Shown one piece after another: positions 37,373 through 46,983 of a stretch of DNA of 64,000 nt. Location of the stretch: contig JACPGU010000002.1 of assembly GCA_016188915.1 (NCBI GenBank), positions 11,388 to 75,387 on the forward strand, written 5' to 3'. A program made the translations under genes and the position numbers. This DNA comes from Candidatus Microgenomates bacterium. GTDB taxonomy: Bacteria > Patescibacteriota > JACPGU01. Position 1 is the stretch's first letter. Each line of letters begins with the position of its first letter. The notes beneath the pieces are model-generated. The model was given only the letters and a program-made list of their open reading frames with translations, had not been told where the DNA came from and did no database searches.

Positions 37373-38617
37373 TTATTGTGCTTTAATAACTTCCTTCCCC
37401 ACCCATTTCTGCAAAACTTCGGGGACTTTGATACTACCATCCGCTTGCTGATTATTCTCCAATATCGCTATAGGAAAACGACTAGTCACTATCGCCGTGC
37501 CGTTCAAGGTGTGAACAAATTCTGTTTTGCCCCCATCCGTCCGATAGCGGATATTCAGTCTCCTGGATTGATAATCGGTGCAATTACTGGTGCTAGTTAT
37601 TTCTCCATAATCTTTATTCATAGTCATCCATGCCTCAATATCAAATTTGCGATAAGCAGGAGAGCCTAAATCTCCGGAGGCGATATCAATAACGCGATAA
37701 GGCAATTTCAGCCCTTCGCAGATTTCTTTTTCTATATTTAATATTTCTTGATGATATTTCTCGCTATCTTCTGGCTTACAAAAAACAAACATTTCTAATT
37801 TCGTGAATTGATGGACGCGATAGAGACCTTTGCTGGTACGGCCATAAGCGCCAGCTTCTGTCCTGAAACAATGAGATAAAGCGACATATTTTTTTGCGCT
37901 CTTTGAAAGATCCAATATTTCATCGGCATGATATCCACCAATAGTTATTTCAGCGGTACCGATCAAACTCAAATCAGTATTCTCCAAAGAATATACTTGA
38001 GTTTCTTCTCCACGAGGGTTGAAGCCAATACCCGACAAAATATTATTTTTAGCAATATCTGGAGTCTCCATCAAAATATAATTATGATTGGTGGCGATAT
38101 CTATGCCGTAATTAATCAGCGCCTGGTTTAGCCTCACCAAATCATTTTTTACGAAATAAAATTTTGCCGCTGATGTTTTCGCTCCCCTCTCAAAATCAAG
38201 TAAGTCTAGATTTTTAGCCAATATCTCATGGTCTTTCGGCTCAAAAGAAAATTCCGTGATGTGTCCTTTTTTTTCTAAAATTTTAAAATCTTCTTCTCCG
38301 CCTATTGGTGCATCAGGATGAGTAAGATTAGGAACGCTCAATAAAAGTTTTTTATAATTTTCTTCTATGCTCTCCAATTCTTTTTCTAGATCTTTTATCT
38401 GCTCGCCTACTTTGCGCATTAGTTCTATCTCTTCTTGATTGGGTTTTTCTTTAGATTTCTTGTTGCGCTGTGCGCGTAGCTCGTCTATCTGCGTGGTCAA
38501 CTCTCGACGCCTTTCATCGAGATGAAGAATCTTTTCGATATCAACATTTACCCTGCGATTTTTGCAGTTTTCTTTGACTCGCTCTTTATTTTCACGAATG
38601 TATTTGATATCCAGCAT
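37373..38617 (-). CDS. serS: Seryl-tRNA synthetase (likely start at MLDIKYIREN; ORF track extends to 38659)
   Basis: N-terminal coiled coil; class II motifs (FRTEAG, GSGLAIGR-like). Confidence 0.9.
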   Translation of the reverse strand: MLDIKYIRENKERVKENCKNRRVNVDIEKILHLDERRRELTTQIDELRAQRNKKSKEKPNQEEIELMRKVGEQIKDLEKELESIEENYKKLLLSVPNLTHPDAPIGGEEDFKILEKKGHITEFSFEPKDHEILAKNLDLLDFERGAKTSAAKFYFVKNDLVRLNQALINYGIDIATNHNYILMETPDIAKNNILSGIGFNPRGEETQVYSLENTDLSLIGTAEITIGGYHADEILDLSKSAKKYVALSHCFRTEAGAYGRTSKGLYRVHQFTKLEMFVFCKPEDSEKYHQEILNIEKEICEGLKLPYRVIDIASGDLGSPAYRKFDIEAWMTMNKDYGEITSTSNCTDYQSRRLNIRYRTDGGKTEFVHTLNGTAIVTSRFPIAILENNQQADGSIKVPEVLQKWVGKEVIKAQ

Positions 38618-38696
38618 AATCACACCTACTAGTAGAGACGACTTATGCCTGCTCGCCAAAGTGGAGGGAATTGTCTCTGCCTAATTTCTTATTTTC

Positions 38697-40058
38697 TTAA
38701 TTTTTTATTTTCTTATCTTTCTCCCTCATATACGGGAAAAACATTATTTCTCGCAAAGTTTCACTATCGGTGAGAAGTTTGACGAGACGATCCACGCCCA
38801 TGCCCCAACCGGCGGTTGGTGGCATACCGTACTCCAGCGCTTCAATATAATTATTATCTACTTGGTGCGCCTCTTTATCTCCTTTTTTCCTATTTTTGTC
38901 TTGCTCTTCAAATCTAGCCAATTGGTCTGCCGGATCATTAAGCTCGCTATAAGCTTTTACCAATTCCTGGCCCGCGACAATCAGCTGAAAGCTTTGCACT
39001 GTCTTGCCGTCTTTGTTTTTCTTGGCCAGTGGCAAAAGTTCCGTAGGATGATCGATCACAAAAGTCGGCTGTATTAATTTTTTTATTCCGTTTTTGAATG
39101 CTTCGTCAGATTTTTTGCCACCCGTCACTTGCGCAAAAGTTTTCCGAGCAAAAGGTTTTTTGAATATAATTTTTTTCCCGCCTGCCGTAATGTAATTTTT
39201 GCCAAAAACATCTTTGGCCAATCTTATGAGCATTTCTTCTGTCAATTTCATTAAGTTTTCATAGTCAGCGTAAGCCCAGTAAAATTCTAGAATGGTAAAT
39301 TCCGGATTGTGATTGGCGTCCACTCCTTCGTTGCGAAAGGCCTTCCCGATTTCATACACTTTTTCAAAACCACCGATAATCAATCGCTTCAAATAAAGTT
39401 CCGGCGCGATGCGCAAATAAACATCAGCGTCGTAAGCATTGTAGCGAGTCTTGAAGGGCTCCGCGATAGCTCCTCCGGCCATCGGCTGGATGATGGGCGT
39501 ATCTACCTCTAGAAATCCTTTATCTTCAAGAAAGCCAGTCAAAGATTTGATGATTTTGTTTCTGGTAATGAATTTTTCCTTGGCTTCTTTGTTGAAAATA
39601 AGGTCTAGATGGCGACGGCGATAACGTTCTTCGGTATCGGTAATGCCGTGCCATTTGTCGGGCAAGGGGAGGAGAGATTTGGTTAATATCTCAAACTTTT
39701 TCACCAAAATAGTCTTCTCTCCTGCCTTGGTCTTGAAGGTCTCGCCTTCTACGCCAATGAAGTCCCCGAGATCGAAATTTTTGATGAAAAATTTGTATTG
39801 TTCTTTGCCAATTTCCTTTTCGTTGAAAGCGATTTGGATTCTGCCCGCCCCGTCTTGAATGTGAGCGAAACAAATCCGCCCGAGATCGCGAATGAGCATC
39901 AGTCTCCCCGCCACTCGCACCTTCTTGGCGCCCATTTTCAATTTCAAAGCCTCCGCGCTGGTGTGCGTTCGGTCAAATTTCGCCGGATAGGAGTTCACCC
40001 CCATTTTCTTCAAATTTTCCAGCTTTTCTAGGCGAATTTTTTTGAAATCTTGCTCCAT
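38697..40058 (-). CDS. lysS: Lysyl-tRNA synthetase class II (likely start MEQDFKKIRLEKL; ORF track extends to 40148)
   Basis: OB-fold N-domain; class II motifs; C-terminal GMGVDRLVKLL. Confidence 0.9.
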   Translation of the reverse strand: MEQDFKKIRLEKLENLKKMGVNSYPAKFDRTHTSAEALKLKMGAKKVRVAGRLMLIRDLGRICFAHIQDGAGRIQIAFNEKEIGKEQYKFFIKNFDLGDFIGVEGETFKTKAGEKTILVKKFEILTKSLLPLPDKWHGITDTEERYRRRHLDLIFNKEAKEKFITRNKIIKSLTGFLEDKGFLEVDTPIIQPMAGGAIAEPFKTRYNAYDADVYLRIAPELYLKRLIIGGFEKVYEIGKAFRNEGVDANHNPEFTILEFYWAYADYENLMKLTEEMLIRLAKDVFGKNYITAGGKKIIFKKPFARKTFAQVTGGKKSDEAFKNGIKKLIQPTFVIDHPTELLPLAKKNKDGKTVQSFQLIVAGQELVKAYSELNDPADQLARFEEQDKNRKKGDKEAHQVDNNYIEALEYGMPPTAGWGMGVDRLVKLLTDSETLREIMFFPYMREKDKKIKN

Positions 40059-40109
40059 ATCAGTAAGTATAGCATAGAAAAAAAATGAGCGGAAGATAGG
40101 CCTTTCTTC

Positions 40110-40138
40110 GTAGAGACGTTGCAATGCAACGTCTCTAC
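40110..40138. repeat. Palindromic element family A variant (GTAGAGACGTTGCAATGCAACGTCTCTAC) in the lysS leader/5' extension
   Basis: Perfect 29-bp palindrome. Confidence 0.75.
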
Positions 40139-40172
40139 AGATTTCCATTAATTTCGCGCGAAGCGCTAATTT

Positions 40173-41072
40173 CTACAAATTTCGTAGTAATTTGATAGCA
40201 TTCTCGGTCGTCACCCTCTCTACCTCTTCTATCGTAACATCTTTCAGTTCGGCAATCTTGGTAGTGATTAAGGGCAGATATCCGGGCTGGTTTCGCTCCC
40301 CTCGATGGGGTACGGGGGCGAGAAAGGGGCAGTCGGTTTCTAGCAAGATCCGCTCCAGTGGAATTTCTCGCACCACCTGCATTATCCCCTCGTCATAAGT
40401 AACCAATCCCCCAATACCGAAATAAAATCCGAGGTCAACGATTTTCTGAATCCTCTTCTTCCCGCCGGTATAGCAATGGAAAACACCTCTTAATTTCAGA
40501 TTGCAGATTTCAGATTGCAGATTGTCGGAAGAAAAAATCTCCAATACTTCGTCGTAGGTCTTGTTGACATGAAGCAACAAAGGAAGCTTGTATTTGATTG
40601 CCAAATCTATTTGGGAAAGAAAAATTTTCCTTTGTTCGTCATGACTAAGCGGATTGGTATCATTATTCATTCGGTTCCCATTCGTCATATTCGTGTGTAG
40701 ATTCGTGTCATTCGTGTCGCCAGAAAAATCTAACCCGCACTCTCCCACCGCCACTATGTTCTCGCGGTTTTTGCCAATTAGCTCATCCAAACCACTTAAT
40801 TGCTCATCAATACTCAAACTTGAATCTGCCCCCTCGTTATGCGGATGGATGCCGACGGCAGGATATATCACGCCCGGAAATTTCCGTGCCATTTCGAGAT
40901 TTAACCGGCTATCCGTTAGTGATGTCCCCGCGCAAATGATTTTTTTTACATTTTTCTCTATCGCAAAACTAACGATTGATTCATAGTCGTCTTGGTAAAA
41001 AGTTTCATTGATATGCGCATGGGTATCTACAAGCACTATTCTTCTATTTAACAAATAAAGAGATAACAACAC
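40173..41072 (-). CDS. tatD: TatD-family metal-dependent hydrolase with low-complexity insertion
   Basis: VDTHAHI...GECGLDFS...; ~20-aa N/T/D-rich insertion encoded by tandem ~9-nt repeats at 40670-40712; heptamer repeat at 40495-40522. Confidence 0.8.
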   Translation of the reverse strand: MLLSLYLLNRRIVLVDTHAHINETFYQDDYESIVSFAIEKNVKKIICAGTSLTDSRLNLEMARKFPGVIYPAVGIHPHNEGADSSLSIDEQLSGLDELIGKNRENIVAVGECGLDFSGDTNDTNLHTNMTNGNRMNNDTNPLSHDEQRKIFLSQIDLAIKYKLPLLLHVNKTYDEVLEIFSSDNLQSEICNLKLRGVFHCYTGGKKRIQKIVDLGFYFGIGGLVTYDEGIMQVVREIPLERILLETDCPFLAPVPHRGERNQPGYLPLITTKIAELKDVTIEEVERVTTENAIKLLRNL

Positions 41073-41907
41073 AAACCAAGACCACTGCCAGGCCTATAAT
41101 ATTTCTGATGCGAATCTTTTTCTCTTTTAAGAAAAAATGCGAATACATAATAGCAAGAAATGGTGTCGGCATCAGTATCAGCGAAGTATAGACCACGCCA
41201 AAGATTTGGTAGCTGTAATAAAAAGCCATCATGCCCGCTACCCAGAGGAAGCTGACAATCATGAGCTTCCAAAGATCCCGACCTGCCCCTTTTTTCACTA
41301 TCGGCCGGAAAAAAATGAAAAGAACGGCAAATATTAAGGCTGTCCTCACGCCATAGAGAGCCAGTGGAGAATAAGCGGTCAAGAGCTCTTTGGCTAGATT
41401 GTTTTCCAAAGCTTCGAGCAGTACCGCCGCTACTATCGGCACCAGTCCACGATCCAGGACAAAATGCTTTTTCTCTATATGCGTCAGAACCAAAGCCAAA
41501 GCGGCGACAATAGCCAAGATAAAAATAAAGAGATTTCTTTCATCGGGATAGACAATGCCGGCAAAAAGAATGGTCAAGAGTGGCACAAAGGCCATAAATG
41601 GTTCTATCTCTGAAATCCCTTCGCGAATCAATCCGTAATAAAACAAAGCGTTACGAATACTGGCGATGATAGCGACCGCCAAGATAATAATCAGCATCAC
41701 ACTGCTATACGCCACTTGATTGATAGACCACAGATTTGGCCAAAGAAAACCGAAAAGAACCGTTACCAAAAAAACAAACAAAAAACCATAGGCGAGATAC
41801 GCCCGGTAAGATGCTTTGTTGCGAGAAAAAATCTTTTTGTCAAAATTGATTCCCAGAACACTCAAGATCATCGCAGCGATAGGATAAAGAATTGGCATGA
41901 ATAGCAA
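41044..41907 (-). CDS. Integral membrane protein (~9-10 TM; possible DMT/EamA-like transporter)
   Basis: Strongly hydrophobic throughout. Confidence 0.45.
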   Translation of the reverse strand: MLFMPILYPIAAMILSVLGINFDKKIFSRNKASYRAYLAYGFLFVFLVTVLFGFLWPNLWSINQVAYSSVMLIIILAVAIIASIRNALFYYGLIREGISEIEPFMAFVPLLTILFAGIVYPDERNLFIFILAIVAALALVLTHIEKKHFVLDRGLVPIVAAVLLEALENNLAKELLTAYSPLALYGVRTALIFAVLFIFFRPIVKKGAGRDLWKLMIVSFLWVAGMMAFYYSYQIFGVVYTSLILMPTPFLAIMYSHFFLKEKKIRIRNIIGLAVVLVCVVISLFVK

Positions 41908-41969
41908 TGTTAGATTGTCGTATTGTTATATTGTTAAAAAGATAGAAACCTCAAACCGTCTCCGACAAG

Positions 41970-42004
41970 AGGTCGTTCCTCCGGCTCTGCTGGAGGTGCG
42001 ACCT
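41970..42004. repeat. Palindromic element family C, copy 3
   Basis: aggtcgttcctccggctctgctggaggtgcgacct. Confidence 0.7.
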
Positions 42005-42058
42005 CAAATTTCGCGCCATCTTGTAGAAGCCACAGAACTATCGACCGGCCAGCATTTC

Positions 42059-43474
42059 TTATTTCTTCGGAAACAGCGGTTCCGCTTTCACTATCTTTTC
42101 TTGTTTGAAAATACTGAGAATTTTTTCTGATATCTCTGGAATGAAAGGCAATAGCTTACCGGCGATATCTTTGATCGCGACTAGACAAATGCCAATGATT
42201 TCCTCTAATTTTTCTTTATCATCTTTGATCGCCCATGGCTCTTCTTTTGCGATGAAATTGTTACATGCTTCTATCTTCTTTGCGACCACTTCCAGCGCTT
42301 TGTCTAGTCGCAGTTCGGTAAAACATTTGTCGTACTCCTCCGAGATATTTTCCAAATCCTGATATTTTTCAGAAAACGCTATATTATTTTTTTCCGCCAG
42401 ATTCGTCACGCGACTGACAAGATTGCCGAGGCCATTAGCTAATTCATTATAACGAATATCAAATCTTTCCCATGTAAAATCGCCGTCTTCGGTAGTTGGG
42501 ATTTCACGAAGGAGGAAATAACGCAGAGCATCCACGCCGTAGCGACCGAGCGCCTCATCAACATCAATGGTATTGCCCAAGGTTTTACTCATCTTTTTCC
42601 CACCGGAGATAATATGCCCGTGCACCAAAATACCTTTCGATGGTTCGATATCAGCTGACAGCAACATCGCCGGCCAATAAATAGCGTGAAATCTCGTGAT
42701 GTCTTTGCCGATGACATGCAGATCGGCCGGCCAATATTTCCTGAACTTTTCTTCATCGGAAAAAGCTCCGACTCCGGAAAGATAATTCGCGAGCGCGTCA
42801 AACCATACATACATTACTTGCGTCGAATCATCCGGCACCTCTATCCCCCAGGTCAGCTTTTCCTTTGGTCGAGAGACGGAAAAGTCCTCTAGTTCGTTCA
42901 AGATATTCAAAACTTCTTTTTTGCGATGCTCCGGATAGATTTTGAGATTCCCATTCGTAATCAATTCGCGTATTTTGTCTTTGTAGTTCGCGAGCTTGAA
43001 GAACCAATTTTCTTCCTCCACCGCATCGGGCGCTCTATCGTGATCCGGACATTTACCACTAACCAAATCGCTTTCTTTTTTGAAGCTCTCGCATTCGGTG
43101 CAGTAAAGTCCTTGATATTTTTTCAAATACAAATCGCCTTTGCTCTTGCATCTCTCCCATATTTTTTTCACCACTTCAATATGGTCAGGATCGGTCGTGC
43201 GAATGAAACGATCAAAAGAAAGGTTGAATCTTTCTTTCATAGCGACAAATTCCTTCACATTCCGGTCAACCAGCTCTTGCGGAGTGATGCCTTCTTTTTC
43301 CGCCATCTGTTGCATCTTAAAGCCGTGCTCATCAGAACCAGTCAAAAAAAATACTTCCTCGCCTTTTTCGCGATGATAGCGCGCAATGGTATCGGCCACA
43401 ATCTTTTCAAAAACATGCCCGATATGCGGTCGCCCGTTAAGATAGTCAATGGCAGTAGTGATGTAGAATTTCAT
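42059..43474 (-). CDS. metG: Methionyl-tRNA synthetase (short form, no C-terminal tRNA-binding domain)
   Basis: PHIGHVFE (HIGH), KMSKTLGN (KMSKS). Confidence 0.95.
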   Translation of the reverse strand: MKFYITTAIDYLNGRPHIGHVFEKIVADTIARYHREKGEEVFFLTGSDEHGFKMQQMAEKEGITPQELVDRNVKEFVAMKERFNLSFDRFIRTTDPDHIEVVKKIWERCKSKGDLYLKKYQGLYCTECESFKKESDLVSGKCPDHDRAPDAVEEENWFFKLANYKDKIRELITNGNLKIYPEHRKKEVLNILNELEDFSVSRPKEKLTWGIEVPDDSTQVMYVWFDALANYLSGVGAFSDEEKFRKYWPADLHVIGKDITRFHAIYWPAMLLSADIEPSKGILVHGHIISGGKKMSKTLGNTIDVDEALGRYGVDALRYFLLREIPTTEDGDFTWERFDIRYNELANGLGNLVSRVTNLAEKNNIAFSEKYQDLENISEEYDKCFTELRLDKALEVVAKKIEACNNFIAKEEPWAIKDDKEKLEEIIGICLVAIKDIAGKLLPFIPEISEKILSIFKQEKIVKAEPLFPKK

Positions 43475-43545
43475 TTTTGTAACACTTAAAATTTATACAA
43501 AAAAAACAAAAATGCCCCGAGTACCCCCGAGAGGGAAACTATATT

Positions 43546-43725
43546 AGGACTTACGCACTTGACCTTATCATCTAGTCACCGTACACCGTCAGGTAATTTC
43601 TAATGGTTGTTGCGTATTTTGATGTCCGACGTCCCTGCCCGCATTGCTATGCAAAGCGTTGCAGGCGGGTGGGCATCCTTTGACGTCGGACATCTTTGCG
43701 AAAAAGGCCAGATGCGTAAGTCCTA
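43546..43725. repeat. Nested inverted repeats (outer AGGACTTACGCA/TGCGTAAGTCCT; inner GATGTCCGACGTC/GACGTCGGACATC) around a GC-rich core
   Basis: Read directly; ~180-nt structured element between metG and the next gene. Confidence 0.6.
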
Positions 43726-43834
43726 TATATATTAGTATAAATGAAAAAACACTCCAAAACAAGTAGCGACAGAGCAAAAGAAAGAACCCGCGATTTTACT
43801 CGCGGGCTTTTGTTTGTGCTGCCATCCGGAAAAA

Positions 43835-44668
43835 CTAGAATGCGACGACCACGCTTGCTAGCAAACGATTATTCATTGGACTCGCTTCGTAGTCCAAAAT
43901 CGCGAAGCTTTCCTCCTCTTTGAATCGTAGCCCAATAGTATTGATCGTGCTGATATGTTGGGTAAAGTCGGTTTGAAAATGGAGACTAAATCTTTTTCCG
44001 AAAGATTTCTCAGTAAAAACATAGCCACCACTTTTCTTCTTCCCATTGTCGCTTCGCAGATAGAAAGCTCCCCGTGTTATAATTCCGAGATTTGCATCCT
44101 GCCTTTCTCCGCTCACAAGGATTTGCGAATTGTGGTTATCATCGTAGCGGAGAATGGTGCTAACAGACTTCCCGGGGTCTTCCCTTGCCAGTCTCAAACT
44201 GACTTGAGAATATCCGAGATTATCCTGAATTGCTGTTCCGTTCGGAGATCCGCTGACCTCCAGTATGGCCGAAGAATCAGCAGAAAGTTTTTCCGTCACC
44301 TGGAGTCCGTTACCGTAGAATCCGCCAGAAATTCTTGGCCATGAGACTGTGTAAAGATTCTGCGGTGCGGGCAGGCTGTAGCCCTCCAGCAACGGGATCC
44401 GTCCGATGGTGATTCTTCCACGTGACACAAACGCGAGCTTCAACCAGTCTTCACTGTCGAGATTGTATCGATTCGGCTCGATGCGGACGAAGTAATAAGT
44501 GCCCGTTGCTGTCAGTACGAATAAGTTGAACCGCATCTGCGAGATGCTGGTTTTGCCAGAACCTCCAAGATAATCAGTCCGAACAACTCCCGATAAAGTC
44601 GTCTGGGCTGTTGCTCTCATTGTCGTGTTCAAAACGATAAGCACCGATAGAAAAACGATTTTCTTCAT
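43835..44668 (-). CDS. Secreted beta-rich protein, possibly a beta-barrel (C-terminal ...VVVAF); hypothetical
   Basis: Signal peptide MKKIVFLSVLIVLNTTMRATAQ; alternating-residue strands; GC higher than genome average. Confidence 0.4.
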   Translation of the reverse strand: MKKIVFLSVLIVLNTTMRATAQTTLSGVVRTDYLGGSGKTSISQMRFNLFVLTATGTYYFVRIEPNRYNLDSEDWLKLAFVSRGRITIGRIPLLEGYSLPAPQNLYTVSWPRISGGFYGNGLQVTEKLSADSSAILEVSGSPNGTAIQDNLGYSQVSLRLAREDPGKSVSTILRYDDNHNSQILVSGERQDANLGIITRGAFYLRSDNGKKKSGGYVFTEKSFGKRFSLHFQTDFTQHISTINTIGLRFKEEESFAILDYEASPMNNRLLASVVVAF

Positions 44669-44922
44669 GTCTTTCCTTCCCCTCCCTTCATTGACTCCTT
44701 AATCTCTCTTTGAATCTCTTTCTTTTCTTCTTTACTTAATCCCAGCACTTCCTCCATAGTGCTTAATCTTGCATCAGTTCTAACTAGGCGCCCATGGTCG
44801 TCTCCTCCGTAGGTCATAAAATCACTATGGCCATACTTTTGCTTCATTGCTTCGGACATCTCAAAATACTCTCTTAGGAGATTTTTGTATTTTAGAAGTC
44901 CTTCCTCTATCGAGCTAATCAT
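44665..44922 (-). CDS. Small hypothetical protein
   Basis: 85-aa ORF with a 4-nt overlap to the downstream gene; no recognisable motifs. Confidence 0.3.
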   Translation of the reverse strand: MISSIEEGLLKYKNLLREYFEMSEAMKQKYGHSDFMTYGGDDHGRLVRTDARLSTMEEVLGLSKEEKKEIQREIKESMKGGEGKT

Positions 44923-45260
44923 CGGTATCTCTCCCTTCCTAGGATTTACTTCCGTACGGTGATGAAAACAACAGATCCCACCCTATCGTGGACGATAAAG
45001 CTGAATCCAATCTCCTTAAGCACTGCGACAACCTCGCCCTCCTTCATGCTCTATCGCGAAACACAGCATTGGTTTTTATTTCTCAATTTTCCAGGTACGC
45101 TTTGCGTAGCTATGGCCATATTAACACACTTTTCAGAACCTGTCAACTATTTCCGACGACAACTTTCCGTTATCCCAAAAACATACTATTCCCAACCACC
45201 TGTTGTATGAAAATATTTATATTTGTGCTATATTAAAAATAAGAGAAGTCATATCTTTAT

Positions 45261-46007
45261 ATGTCGCAAAAGGATATCTTGTCAAAATTAGAACAGCTCC
45301 ACCTTTCCCCCAATGAGGCCGAGGCCTACCTAGCGCTTCTAGAAATCGGGCAAACATCAGCGGGGGCTATTATCAAAAAAACAAAGCTACACCGTAGCGT
45401 TGTTTATGAGACATTAGAGAAGCTAATAGACAAGAAATTAGTTTTTAAATTGACGAAAAAAAAGATTGCCTATTTTCAGACCACCGCTCCAACCAAGATT
45501 TTGGATCACGCCAAATCACAGCAGAGAATTGCCGAGAAGCTCCTACCGCAATTAAAAAAAATGGCCAAAGAGGGGCTACCCGAAATCAATGTTTATGAAG
45601 GAGTGGAGGCCTATCGTCAATTCTGGATAGACGCCTATAGTAATCTACCGATTGGCACCGTAGATTATGTTGCGGGATCAATAAGCAAAAAGTGGATTGA
45701 CTATATGGGAGGCGATCAAGAAATCATCAATAGGATACGAACCAAAAGAAAGATCAAGTGGGTGGCGATTTGTTTCGAAAAAAATCCCGTAGAGGTAGCG
45801 CTGATGCGATCATGCCCAGCTCTCAATGAGTACCGGCTCATCAAAAAAAATGTAGGAAAATATGGAAATTTCAATATCTTTGGCGATCATACCCTGATAC
45901 TGCATTCTGCTGTTGAGCCAATGATTATTAAGATAAAAAACAAAACATTGGTAAAAGTTTTTGAAAATATCTTTAGTATATTGTGGGAAATTGGGAAAAA
46001 GTTCTAG
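45261..46007 (+). CDS. TrmB-family transcriptional regulator
   Basis: N-terminal wHTH LSPNEAEAYLALLEIGQTSAGAIIKKTKLHRSVVYETLEKLIDKKLV. Confidence 0.55.
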   Translation: MSQKDILSKLEQLHLSPNEAEAYLALLEIGQTSAGAIIKKTKLHRSVVYETLEKLIDKKLVFKLTKKKIAYFQTTAPTKILDHAKSQQRIAEKLLPQLKKMAKEGLPEINVYEGVEAYRQFWIDAYSNLPIGTVDYVAGSISKKWIDYMGGDQEIINRIRTKRKIKWVAICFEKNPVEVALMRSCPALNEYRLIKKNVGKYGNFNIFGDHTLILHSAVEPMIIKIKNKTLVKVFENIFSILWEIGKKF

Positions 46008-46196
46008 AACCCCTTCATTATTTCTAAGTATTACCATTCGCGACCACCTCCCTAATCATAATACGAGAGAGATATTTCGGAAATTGTGGGAGAAGACCAA
46101 AGAATAATATGCATCAAATTTTTAAGGAGAGACCTTAAGAATTTTCCCAAGGTCTCGCCTTGGTAAATTATTCCCGTTTTATAGTTTCTTAATTTC

Positions 46197-46910
46197 TTAC
46201 TTTCTTAATTTCTTATTAATCGCCACCACAAACTCGCCTTTCTGCTTCTTTTTGCCAAAATACTCTGAAAGCTCCGAGAGCGTACCTCTTTTGATCTCTT
46301 CAAATATTTTGGTTAGTTCTCTACCCACCACTGCTTCGCGATCGCCTAGAAAATTCTCTAGCTCTTTCAATGTTTTGACGATGCGATGAGGCGACTCAAA
46401 AAAAATGATTGTTCGATTTTCTTTTTTCAAAGATTGCAACAAGGTTTGTCTGCCTTTTTTCTTGGGCAAAAATCCGAGAAAGAGGAATTGGTCGGTCGGA
46501 AAACCGCAGACAGAAAGGATAGAGGTGAGAGATGAGGCACCTGGGATAGGCACGATGTTAGTCCCGAGGAGAGACCTCGGGGAATCCCCCGAGGTCTCTC
46601 CTCGGGAAGATTCTGTGTAGATTTTCTCGATTAAGCGATTCCCCGGATCGGCTATCCCCGGTGTTCCCGCGTCGGTCACGAGCGCGAGATTTTTCCCATT
46701 TTGCAAAAGCTTTAAGATCTCTTCTTCGCGCGAGTTTTTGGAATGTTCGTGATAGGAGATGAGCGGGATCTTGATATTGTATTTGTCCAAAAGTTTTTTT
46801 GTCACTCTGGTATCTTCCGCCAAAACAAAATCCACGCTTTTCAATACCTCCAAAGCGCGTAGTGTGACATCGCCTAAATTGCCAATGGGAGTGCCTACTA
46901 TATAGAGCAT
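46197..46910 (-). CDS. rsmI: 16S rRNA (cytidine1402-2'-O)-methyltransferase RsmI, with an in-frame GC-rich palindromic insertion
   Basis: MLYIVGTPIGNLGDVTLRALEVL...ESPHR; insertion encodes SSRGETSGDSPRSLLG. Confidence 0.85.
   Translation of the reverse strand: MLYIVGTPIGNLGDVTLRALEVLKSVDFVLAEDTRVTKKLLDKYNIKIPLISYHEHSKNSREEEILKLLQNGKNLALVTDAGTPGIADPGNRLIEKIYTESSRGETSGDSPRSLLGTNIVPIPGASSLTSILSVCGFPTDQFLFLGFLPKKKGRQTLLQSLKKENRTIIFFESPHRIVKTLKELENFLGDREAVVGRELTKIFEEIKRGTLSELSEYFGKKKQKGEFVVAINKKLRK
46563..46606. repeat. 44-bp GC-rich palindrome (CCCGAGGAGAGACCTCGGGG-aatc-CCCGAGGTCTCTCCTCGGG), family B; shares the AGAGAC/GTCTCT core with family A
   Basis: Read directly; inside rsmI. Confidence 0.75.
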
Positions 46911-46983
46911 AAGAAATTAAGAAATTAAGAAATTAACAGCTCAAGAGTTTTTCTGGTTTTTTATTTTTTATTTTCTTATCCCA

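Noticed and set aside
41044-41072. 29-nt overlap between tatD and the upstream membrane-protein gene
   Set aside because: It is more likely an over-extended tatD start (the conserved N-terminus begins at IVLVDTHAHI) than a real overlap. The gene call is kept but the start is uncertain.
43475-43835. T-box riboswitch in the long metG leader
   Set aside because: No AGGGUGGNACCGCG T-box sequence in the correct (minus) orientation. GGGTGGG occurs only on the opposite strand.
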